Source: a virus (Duplodnaviria; Caudoviricetes). From it: DNA of 64,000 bases. This document shows positions 29,294 to 36,788 of this stretch, one piece after another. The stretch is taken from IMG/VR virus record IMGVR_UViG_3300009873_000001; one strand, written 5' to 3'. The notes beneath the pieces are model-generated. The model saw only the letters and a list, made by a program, of their open reading frames with translations. It made no database searches and was not told the origin of the DNA. The translations under genes were made by a program, and so were the position numbers. How positions within the stretch are numbered: position 1 is the first letter of the stretch; each line of letters begins with the position of its first letter.

Positions 29294-30031
29294 ATGTCTA
29301 CAGAACTGCCTGAGTCAGACGGTGTGTATCTGAAGTCGATCGCAGAGACGGCCGGATTCGATCCGGTCAGAACCTGGGGCGAAGGCCCGCTGCTGTTGAT
29401 CAAGGCCAGTGAGCCGTGCGGCGAAGCGCCGTTCATGTTCACTACGCCCAAGGACCCCGACCAGGACTTGGATCACGCTTGTCTGATCTCGACGACCAAA
29501 CTGCTCGAGCAGGGCGGCCCGCTGTCCGCGTACCTTTCTCGCCGGGCGGCGGTGCTGCCGATCAGGAAGTCGAAGCGAAACGCCTGGACGGAGATCACGG
29601 TCGGCAGGGCGCGGAACAACGACATTCGCATTTCAGACACAGGCGTGAGCAAGGTTCACGCGTACATCATGCCGCCTCCTGGCTGGCCCATGGTCGACGG
29701 AGAGTGGAAGATTCGCGACTGCTGGAGCACGAACGGCACGTTCATACTCACCGGCTCGGGTCCGGTTACCGTGCCCATGAAAGAGGGCCTCCTGCTCAAG
29801 GCCGGTGTGGAGATCAGGTTCGGCACCGTGGACGCGATCTTCCTCGACCCCGACACGCTCCGGTCGGCACTGGACTACGCCAAACGGCAATGGGATCTGC
29901 TCGACAAAGAAGCGAGCAAGAAACGTTCTTCAGATACAGACTTGCGAAAGCGGATCGCGGATCCCGACGAAACCAAGGCAGACAACAGGCGTCTCGACGA
30001 AAGCGCAGAAGAACTAGATCCATTCGACTAG
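29294..30031 (+). CDS. FHA domain protein
   Basis: TVGR..NNDI....VSKVHA...DCWSTNGT FHA signature. Confidence 0.92.
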   Translation: MSTELPESDGVYLKSIAETAGFDPVRTWGEGPLLLIKASEPCGEAPFMFTTPKDPDQDLDHACLISTTKLLEQGGPLSAYLSRRAAVLPIRKSKRNAWTEITVGRARNNDIRISDTGVSKVHAYIMPPPGWPMVDGEWKIRDCWSTNGTFILTGSGPVTVPMKEGLLLKAGVEIRFGTVDAIFLDPDTLRSALDYAKRQWDLLDKEASKKRSSDTDLRKRIADPDETKADNRRLDESAEELDPFD

Positions 30032-30077
30032 TGGCGCCATTAGTCGAGCGTGGGAAGATAATGAGGACGGAGGCTCT

Positions 30078-31100
30078 ATGTCCTTCCTGACTGCTCCGAC
30101 TTCCAGAGACGTGGCTGTGGCCCGCGGCTTCGGGGGCATGGGCGGCGTGCTTCAAATGGCCGAGCTCGTCCCCTCCTCCGGCGCCTACCCGGCCCCTCCG
30201 AACTGGCCGCCGCCTGTGGGCGTGGCCTATCACGAGCCCGTAGGCAAGAGCACCGGGCTCAGCGACTGGATGGAGCTGTCCGGCATGGGGCAGGGCGGGC
30301 GCGCGGTTCCAGCGCGGCGAATCCGCAACTTCGAGACGGCCAGCGAGCTGGAGGCCTCGCCTGAGGTCTTCGGCCTGGGAGCCGGAGAGGGTCGCGCGGT
30401 GCCGGTGCGCATGCTTCGCCGCGGTGAATTCGAAACGCCGCAGCAGCTCATGAACACGCCCGAGTTCTTCGGCATGGGCGCGCGGCACGGCGTCGTGCGG
30501 CGCCGGCCGGCGGTGTCGAACGGGAACTACCTGGGCGTCGCGCCGCCGTCCGGTCGCCCGGTGCCCGTCAGCTCGCTCGAGCGCGGGGAGTTCGAGACCG
30601 GCGGCCAGCTGGTCTCGACGAGCCGCGTGTTCCCCACGGCACAGCGCCGCCGTCAGAGCCGCTACCGGACCGGCCTGAGCGGACTCGGGCAAGGCTACGC
30701 CGACCCGAACATTCCGCTGCCGAGCTTCTACGCCGATCCCAGCAACGTGCCTCTGCCGGAATACAAGGTCGGCGGCAAGGTCGTGGCCCGCTACGCGGCT
30801 CCGTCCGAGGCCACGGTCAGGACCGCGTACCTCGACCGCCAGGTCGAGCTGCCGGCGTTCTACGAGCACCCGCAGCTCGGCCCGTGGGGCGTCGATCCGC
30901 GGGTGGCGTACCAGTACTGGTGGGCTCAGCAAATGGCCCTGCAGTCGGCGCCGTACGCGACGCCCATGGCGGTGTGGGGTTCGCCCGGCTTCGTGCCCAC
31001 CACGCCAGCGCTGCCAGCGACTCAAGTCGCGCGTCCGGCAGCGTTCGACCCGTACACGAACGCCTTCCCGGTGGCCGGCACGGCAGTCGAGAACTTCTAA
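30078..31100 (+). CDS. repeat protein with multiple G(L/M)G motifs (putative processed virion protein)
   Basis: GGAGG RBS; three GR(A/P)VP...FET...L repeats; FGGMG, LSGMG, VFGLG, FFGMG, LSGLG. Confidence 0.75.
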   Translation: MSFLTAPTSRDVAVARGFGGMGGVLQMAELVPSSGAYPAPPNWPPPVGVAYHEPVGKSTGLSDWMELSGMGQGGRAVPARRIRNFETASELEASPEVFGLGAGEGRAVPVRMLRRGEFETPQQLMNTPEFFGMGARHGVVRRRPAVSNGNYLGVAPPSGRPVPVSSLERGEFETGGQLVSTSRVFPTAQRRRQSRYRTGLSGLGQGYADPNIPLPSFYADPSNVPLPEYKVGGKVVARYAAPSEATVRTAYLDRQVELPAFYEHPQLGPWGVDPRVAYQYWWAQQMALQSAPYATPMAVWGSPGFVPTTPALPATQVARPAAFDPYTNAFPVAGTAVENF

Positions 31101-31120
31101 ACTCTCGATCACTCCACTTA

Positions 31121-31150
31121 CGACGCGCCGCCGACCCGTGCGGCGCGTCG
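31121..31150. terminator. GC-rich hairpin after 30078-31100
   Basis: CGACGCGCCGC / GCGGCGCGTCG 11-bp stem; a second hairpin follows. Confidence 0.45.
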
Positions 31151-31302
31151 TCGTGTACAGGCGGCTCGGTTGGCCGCCTCCGCGCTTCTTTAGAACTGTT
31201 TAGTGACGAGGGTTTTAACGAGATAGGCAACGCACTGCCCTTCACTTTCGCTCTCCTGCACGACTACTTTGAATTCAAAGAAGAGTGGGAGGAGGGGCGC
31301 GT

Positions 31303-31722
31303 GTGCGACCAATATCAGACCGCGATCTCGTGCGGCTCGAGCAGCTGTGCGCCGAAAACCTTTGCTTCCCCGTGCGCGCGAGCCTCGAGATCGCGGTCGC
31401 CTACAAGCTCGTCAGCGAGCTCAGGCTTCTCCGGACCAAAGCCGCAGACCTCGAAGACCGGCTCTTCAGGATCAGCGTCGCAGCAGAAGAGGAGGCCTTT
31501 AGAGTCGAAGTCTGCGAAACGGTCGATCGATTGGTGGAAAGCGACGTTGATCTTCCTGCTGGTCCTCTGGTGCGCGGTCGCCTGTCTCGGCTGCGGGCCG
31601 AAACGCCGCGGCGTCCACTACGTTCCCCCGCCAGACGTGACGGTAGTGGAGGGGCCGTTCAAGATCTCGTTCTTCAAGCCGGACATGACGCCGGACCGGA
31701 ATTGCAGTCCAGAACGGCGTGA
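31303..31722 (+). CDS. hypothetical protein
   Basis: GGAGGAGG RBS before GTG; 3' part overlaps the next ORF. Confidence 0.5.
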   Translation: MRPISDRDLVRLEQLCAENLCFPVRASLEIAVAYKLVSELRLLRTKAADLEDRLFRISVAAEEEAFRVEVCETVDRLVESDVDLPAGPLVRGRLSRLRAETPRRPLRSPARRDGSGGAVQDLVLQAGHDAGPELQSRTA

Positions 31723-32077
31723 TCTGCTGGTCAAGGCCTGTATGGCCAAGAAGCAGGCCTACGAGCGCGCCTTCGTATGGACGATCCCGGACAGCTGGGT
31801 CGAGGTCTTCACGGAAGGGAATTGGGCGGCCAGCGGCGGATTCCCGAACGGCGGCGGTTGCTACATAGCACCTTCCAGAATCGGCGTGAGGGCAGGGGCC
31901 AACGACGACGTCCCCGACTTCTGTCATGAGCTGCACCACCAACAACTGTGGTACAGGACCGGCGTCACCGACTCCGGCCACCACCACCCGACCTGGAAGA
32001 TCGCAGAGGCTCTCGATCTGCAGGTCTGCGAGGCGCTGCGGAAGGAACGAAGCCAGAAGCACGGCAGGAACCCATAA
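31547..32077 (+). CDS. putative lipoprotein with HExxH zincin-like motif
   Basis: Hydrophobic signal ending CLGC; FCHELHH...GHHHP.W; TTG start is uncertain. Confidence 0.55.
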   Translation: MIFLLVLWCAVACLGCGPKRRGVHYVPPPDVTVVEGPFKISFFKPDMTPDRNCSPERRDLLVKACMAKKQAYERAFVWTIPDSWVEVFTEGNWAASGGFPNGGGCYIAPSRIGVRAGANDDVPDFCHELHHQQLWYRTGVTDSGHHHPTWKIAEALDLQVCEALRKERSQKHGRNP

Positions 32078-32173
32078 TGGCGGTAGAGGACTGGCTGCTC
32101 GTGCTCCTGGTCAGTTTCGTGGTCGTAGGGGTTTACCGCACGCTCTTCACATGGGCCAACAGGAGGTAGCGCC

Positions 32174-32488
32174 ATGCCAGGACCGCCCCTGAGGCCCAGC
32201 GAGTACTTCGCCGACCCACGCAGGCAGGCCGCCACGCTCTACTCCATGGCGGCCGAGCTGCGTGAGGACGCCAAGCGGAAAATGTCTCTAGCCGCCAGGC
32301 TCGAATCCGTGGCCAGAGTGATCGACTCCACGACTGCAGCCGAGGCCAACAAGGAAGAGTCAGGGCGCCTGCCTCGACCGTCGGTCGTGAACCCGCGGCC
32401 CAAGCAGAAAAAGGAATCCACTGAACAAGGGCCGCTCCCCAAAGATCCGCTCGATCCGACTGTCGAGCCGCCAGATGCGATCGACTGA
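32174..32488 (+). CDS. hypothetical protein
   Basis: AGGAGG RBS; helical N-half. Confidence 0.65.
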   Translation: MPGPPLRPSEYFADPRRQAATLYSMAAELREDAKRKMSLAARLESVARVIDSTTAAEANKEESGRLPRPSVVNPRPKQKKESTEQGPLPKDPLDPTVEPPDAID

Positions 32489-32509
32489 GGAACCGGTAAG
32501 ATCGAGTAT

Positions 32510-33400
32510 GTGGCTGACGTCAGGCTTCGCGAGCTGGGTCGACGCGCTCGAGCTGGGGATCAAGAGGCCGCGCTGCGGCTGATCAATGCCTGGGTCCGCA
32601 GCGGGCAGTCTGCAGCGCCCATGGCCGCCATGGCCATGCAGCTCTTCGAGCGCGCCTTCGAGGACTGGACCAACCCGAAGATCCAGCCCCAGGGGGACTG
32701 GGATCAGCGCGACCACGACGAGCGGCGCCGAGATCGGCACTTTCGTTGGCGCTACTGGCGCCTGGCCATGCACCCGAATTCGATCCCGTTCGAAAACCTC
32801 GGTGTCGTCTGGCCGCTCGGCACTGCCCTCACGCCGACCGCCGAACAGCCGGAGTTCCGCGGCTTCACGGAGCGCATGGAGTGCCTCCTGGTGCGGGCCT
32901 GGGACTGTGAAAGCTCGAAGCAGCTCGTGGAAGCCGCGGTGTTCGAGGCGCGGCTATTCGACGTAATCAACAGCATTGACCTGCGCGCGGGGCCGTGGTC
33001 TCCAGGCTATGCCACCCCGACATTGAATCGCGGCACGTTCGGGCTTGGAAACTGGCACCACCTGGAATACCGGCTTAGGCAAGCGTTGTCCGAGCGATTT
33101 TATGAATCGCAGGGCCTCGAGCCGCTCAGCGGGTGGGCTTTCGACTCGCCGTTCGAAGTGAGTATAGAACGCGGCGAGCAGGTCGACGTGCAGCACCTGC
33201 CGACCGAACGCGAGGAGTACGGCGCGCTGGTCAGAACCGGGCAACAACAAGCCGTCACGTTCGAGGTCACGCTCAGGATCGCGCACACGCTCGGGCCGGT
33301 CGTGATTCGCACGCCGCGACCAGAGCACCGCGGGCTGGAGAAGGACATTCGCGTACCCAATCCGATCCTGGCCATGCTCGTAGAGTTGGCGGCCAGCTAG
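32510..33400 (+). CDS. hypothetical protein with MADVRLRELGRR leader
   Basis: TAAGAT 7 nt upstream of GTG; shared leader motif. Confidence 0.75.
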   Translation: MADVRLRELGRRARAGDQEAALRLINAWVRSGQSAAPMAAMAMQLFERAFEDWTNPKIQPQGDWDQRDHDERRRDRHFRWRYWRLAMHPNSIPFENLGVVWPLGTALTPTAEQPEFRGFTERMECLLVRAWDCESSKQLVEAAVFEARLFDVINSIDLRAGPWSPGYATPTLNRGTFGLGNWHHLEYRLRQALSERFYESQGLEPLSGWAFDSPFEVSIERGEQVDVQHLPTEREEYGALVRTGQQQAVTFEVTLRIAHTLGPVVIRTPRPEHRGLEKDIRVPNPILAMLVELAAS

Positions 33401-33546
33401 TCGATCGGATCGATCTCCTCGGCGTCGAGCGTGTCGTAACCCAGCAGGCTGAACAGGAGCTCGGTCGACGGCTCGGCGTACTTGATCCCCGCGTTACGCA
33501 GGGTCCCGAGGAGAAGCAGGATCGATTCCTGGCTATTGGGGCGCAT
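33397..33546 (-). CDS. 49-aa small protein (not in the ORF track)
   Basis: AGGAG RBS; MRPNSQESILLLLGTLRNAG...EEIDPID; shares CTAG stop with the convergent gene. Confidence 0.55.
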   Translation of the reverse strand: MRPNSQESILLLLGTLRNAGIKYAEPSTELLFSLLGYDTLDAEEIDPID

Positions 33547-33602
33547 GCAGCGTACTCCTACCTCTGTGGTAGCCTAGAGTTAGGAACCTGCCACAAAACG
33601 CT

Positions 33603-33830
33603 ATGCCGCTCAGAAGGCCAGCTAGACCGCCAAGACCGCAGCTCGCCGCCAGGCCTCGCCTCCGCAGCTCGACGCCGCAGCGGGCCACGGCTCCGCAGCC
33701 AGCGCCAGACGCTCTGCCGCCACCCACCGAAGGGCAAAGAGAGGCCGGGAAAGCACTGCTGGTGGTAGCAGCCGGGCTGTGGATCTGGTTCGCGCTGGGC
33801 ATGCCAGGAGCGCCCAAGCCGACAACCTGA
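33603..33830 (+). CDS. small Arg/Pro-rich protein with C-terminal TM
   Basis: ALLVVAAGLWIWFALGM hydrophobic tail. Confidence 0.55.
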   Translation: MPLRRPARPPRPQLAARPRLRSSTPQRATAPQPAPDALPPPTEGQREAGKALLVVAAGLWIWFALGMPGAPKPTT

Positions 33831-34987
33831 CATTGCGAGTTTTTGTGGTATTCTCCGCCTCGGGGGGCTGCCAGTTGTCCAGCAAGCGCGTTCTCGACAG
33901 GATCCTCACCCCGGACGGTTTGGCACTCCTGCCAGACCCCAGCTACGAAGCCGCTCTCCGTCAGGCCGTGCCGGTGATCGCCGACGAGGCCGCGCGCTAC
34001 TACTACGAGGAGAGCGAAGAGGAGAACTGGGATCAGGTCGAGCAGATCCGCAACGTCGCTCCGCCCTACGACCTCATGTGGATCGAGTATCGCGCGCCGA
34101 AGTTCATTCGCTCGAACGTGTATGGCGTGACGCCCTGGAATCCCAGGCAGTACGTGCAGTCCGGCACGCTGTTCACCTACTCGGAGCCTGACGCCTTTCC
34201 GCCGCAGTTCATACAAGACTTCTCCCCTGACGCGCGCTGGATCGCCCAGGCGGATATCTTTCGCGTGTATCCGCCCGGGTGCGGCCCGCTGTCCGTGTTG
34301 GGAGACCCGGGGATCGACACCGAGCTACCGATCCTGGAGTGGTCGCTGTTCTACGCAGTCGGCCAGGACGGAAAGTTACTAGAGCAGACAGGCCCGCCAG
34401 CCCCGCCGATTCCAGGCCAGCCTGAGCTGCCGCAGTTCGCCGGCAAGCAAGGCGTCTTTCGCTCCGTTCCGCCCAAGCTGATCCGCGACATGTTCGGCTT
34501 CGACAACGAGTCGCTCTGGCGTGACCAGGAGGCGCGCGACAACTTCCTCATGATGGCCGGGAATCACATACCAGACTTGAACGTAGGCCTGCTCGCGCTA
34601 TACCTCATGCACAGCCGCGGGGCTCAACTCAAGACGCAGCACGTTCCAGAAGCTGTGCGCAGGAAGCGCGAGCGGCGCGGCAAGGCCGCGGGCGTCGTCT
34701 ACAAGGTGCTCGATATCGGCCTGCCCATGAGGCAGCCCCTCAAGGAAGCCAAGCGCGAAGGGCAGGGGCTCGAGCACGCGCTGCGCACGCACCTGCGTCG
34801 CGGCAACTTCGCCGTCTACACGCCCGAGAAGCCGCACGTCAGCGGCTACGTGGGCAGCATGTGGCGTCGCCCGACGGTCGTGGGCGCCGGGCCTGGCCGC
34901 GTAGAGAAGGTCTATCGGTCCAAGACGCCAGCCGAGATCCTCGAAGAGGCCGCTAGGCGCAGGCAGGAGCGGCGGCAGCGGTCCTGA
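33779..34987 (+). CDS. phage-type hypothetical protein (true start probably downstream)
   Basis: PPYDLMWIEY and C-terminal RTHLRRGNF..Y...WRRP.VVG. Confidence 0.7.
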   Translation: MDLVRAGHARSAQADNLTLRVFVVFSASGGCQLSSKRVLDRILTPDGLALLPDPSYEAALRQAVPVIADEAARYYYEESEEENWDQVEQIRNVAPPYDLMWIEYRAPKFIRSNVYGVTPWNPRQYVQSGTLFTYSEPDAFPPQFIQDFSPDARWIAQADIFRVYPPGCGPLSVLGDPGIDTELPILEWSLFYAVGQDGKLLEQTGPPAPPIPGQPELPQFAGKQGVFRSVPPKLIRDMFGFDNESLWRDQEARDNFLMMAGNHIPDLNVGLLALYLMHSRGAQLKTQHVPEAVRRKRERRGKAAGVVYKVLDIGLPMRQPLKEAKREGQGLEHALRTHLRRGNFAVYTPEKPHVSGYVGSMWRRPTVVGAGPGRVEKVYRSKTPAEILEEAARRRQERRQRS

Positions 34988-35037
34988 TTTTTTGTCCGCT
35001 CCACCGGCTCGTTCGTCTTGGTTGGTGGAGGTGCGCT

Positions 35038-35301
35038 ATGAACTGCGCTGAGGCCGCCGCCCTGGGCGATCTGGCCATGCTCGACCACGCCAAGTCGTGC
35101 ATTGCCTGCAAAGGCGTTCTCTATCGCGCCGGCAAGTGGAAGGCCGGCTGCCAAGATCAGGCTCTTGGCCAGCGGGCGAGCCAGAGCCTCGACGAACTCG
35201 GATCACACCCGGAACTGCTAGCGCACGTCGAATCGTGCGCAGCGTGCGCTGCGGAGGTCGACGACTTCCGGGCATTCTGCAGTGATTGGCGCAGCGCGTA
35301 G
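35038..35301 (+). CDS. small Cys/His protein with two HxxxCxxC motifs
   Basis: HAKSCIAC and HVESCAAC resemble zinc-binding anti-sigma (ZAS) motifs; GGAGGT RBS. Confidence 0.6.
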   Translation: MNCAEAAALGDLAMLDHAKSCIACKGVLYRAGKWKAGCQDQALGQRASQSLDELGSHPELLAHVESCAACAAEVDDFRAFCSDWRSA

Positions 35302-35416
35302 ATTTTGACCATATCCCCGCAAACGTCCTAGTTTTGAGCATTTGGCAACACGACAGGATTCCGCTGGACTGCGGTCGCGGTGTCCGTGTAGAACAACGCC
35401 GCGAAAGAGGACGCTC

Positions 35417-35956
35417 ATGGCCGCCAGGGACAAGACAAAAACGACCGGCTACAAAATCCAGCACGCCTTGCGCGAGCTGGCCCACCGGCGCGATATCGTC
35501 GAGAACCAGTTCCGCACCAACCTCGAAGCGTTCCCAGACGAGCAGAAGAAGAACCCGACCAACCTCGATCAGCAGCTGCTCAAGATCGAGCGGGTCACCG
35601 CCGGCCTGCAGGTCTTGCAGGCGCGCTACAACCTGGCCGTCCCCTGCAAGGTGGCTGGGTTCGAGGCGGCGCTGACGCTCCACGACTGCGTGAAGCTCGT
35701 GGGTGCGTATGGTCGCGCCGAGAAGCGCTGGCGCACCGCCGCCAAGGAGAAGGAGTCCTCCGGCTACTACGGCTCCGAGAAGACCCGCGACCGTGACGCG
35801 CTGGTCAGCTCCAGGACCGTGCCGATCGACACCGCCGTCGAGATGGCCACCACCTACGGACGCCGCGCCAACGCGCTGCGGGAAGCGATCCAGACTGGAA
35901 ACACAACGGAGCTTGAGTTCGAAGGGGTCTCCGACCTCTTCGAGTTCGTCTCCTAG
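35417..35956 (+). CDS. long-helix coiled-coil protein, resembling the DIP1984-like family
   Basis: AGAGGA RBS; all-helical pattern with Q.RYN and terminal LREAIQTGN.TELE; family recalled, not searched. Confidence 0.65.
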   Translation: MAARDKTKTTGYKIQHALRELAHRRDIVENQFRTNLEAFPDEQKKNPTNLDQQLLKIERVTAGLQVLQARYNLAVPCKVAGFEAALTLHDCVKLVGAYGRAEKRWRTAAKEKESSGYYGSEKTRDRDALVSSRTVPIDTAVEMATTYGRRANALREAIQTGNTTELEFEGVSDLFEFVS

Positions 35957-36140
35957 GTGGAGAGGGCGTTCAACTTGGAGCGGTTCGCGCCGCAACTCGT
36001 ATACGCGGAACGGACGTGTCTTCGGCTGCTGCGTGACAAGCGGGGTTTTGCGACGGGTCACTCCGACGCGCTTCCGTGACTGCCTCAACCCGAGATCCAT
36101 ATCCGTTCGAGCGTCTTCCTCTGTTCTGCTCCTCTCCACC
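35956..36140 (+). ncRNA. candidate 185-nt rod-shaped structured RNA
   Basis: Closing stem GGTGGAGAGG / CCTCTCCACC, nested inner stems, own downstream terminator. Confidence 0.6.
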
Positions 36141-36156
36141 GCCTACACTTTCCCCT

Positions 36157-36200
36157 GCCGAGGCCCGGACGCAGCAGTAGCTCCGGGCCTCGGTCTTTTT
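36157..36200 (+). terminator. rho-independent terminator
   Basis: 13-bp stem GCCGAGGCCCGGA / TCCGGGCCTCGGT followed by TTTTT. Confidence 0.85.
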
Positions 36201-36202
36201 GG

Positions 36203-36231
36203 TTGAATCATGCCTGGCGCTCGCGTAGCAT
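36203..36231 (+). promoter_or_regulatory. sigma70-type promoter of tmRNA
   Basis: TTGAAT-17bp-TAGCAT, 12 nt before the tmRNA 5' end. Confidence 0.7.
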
Positions 36232-36243
36232 GGGCGGGCCTTC

Positions 36244-36684
36244 GGGGACGAATTGGTATCGACTGAAAGGAGGAAGGAGATCGGTGCGCGCCGAGGTTGA
36301 TCGGTGGGACTCGCTAAAAGCCGATCAGATTCCATCTGCCAACGTCAACAACGTCAGCACCCCCGACTGGCTGAGCGACGAGTCGCTCGCGTCCTTCATG
36401 GACGCGGTCGAGTCCGAGCAGCTGGTCGCCGCGATCTAGTAGCAGCTAGATCGGCGAGTCCTGTGGAGCCTCCCGCCTCAGAGGCAAAGCAGGGCTGGGT
36501 CAGCAAATGAGGCTGGGTCGAAAGTCAGGCGACTGGACTGAGACCGAGATCATGTGACCGCTGGAGGCCGGATCTGGCGTTGAGCCCAGGCCGGCTTCGA
36601 GAGCCGCAAGGCAGCGCTCGACTACGCGCGTAGAGCCGCTTCTGAAACCTTGACAGGACCCGGGTTCGAACCCCGGCGTCTCCA
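36244..36684 (+). ncRNA. ssrA: transfer-messenger RNA (tmRNA)
   Basis: 5' GGGGACG pairs with 3' CGTCTCC-A including the G3.U wobble; T arm CCGGG-TTCGAAC-CCCGG; pseudoknot 1 (CGAG/CTCG, TGATCGGT/GCCGATCA); tag frame from GCC AAC at 36338 to TAG TAG; CCA not encoded. Confidence 0.93.
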
Positions 36685-36700
36685 TTCGCCCGACCGGCAG

Positions 36701-36730
36701 GCAGCAGCGAGCTTCACGGCTCGCTGTTGT
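36701..36730 (+). terminator. hairpin downstream of tmRNA
   Basis: GCAGCAGCGAGC / GCTCGCTGTTGT stem. Confidence 0.6.
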
Positions 36731-36731
36731 C

Positions 36732-36765
36732 GTTTGCGGCCGGCCACTGTTTGCGGCCGGCCACT
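36732..36765. repeat. 17-bp perfect tandem duplication
   Basis: GTTTGCGGCCGGCCACT twice, just upstream of the -10 box of the second collagen gene. Confidence 0.9.
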
Positions 36766-36788
36766 GCCTGCCCTGTGATACTAGAGGC

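Noticed and set aside
36203-36439. 78-aa protein-coding ORF
   Set aside because: Its TTG is the tmRNA -35 box and its 3' part is the tmRNA tag frame
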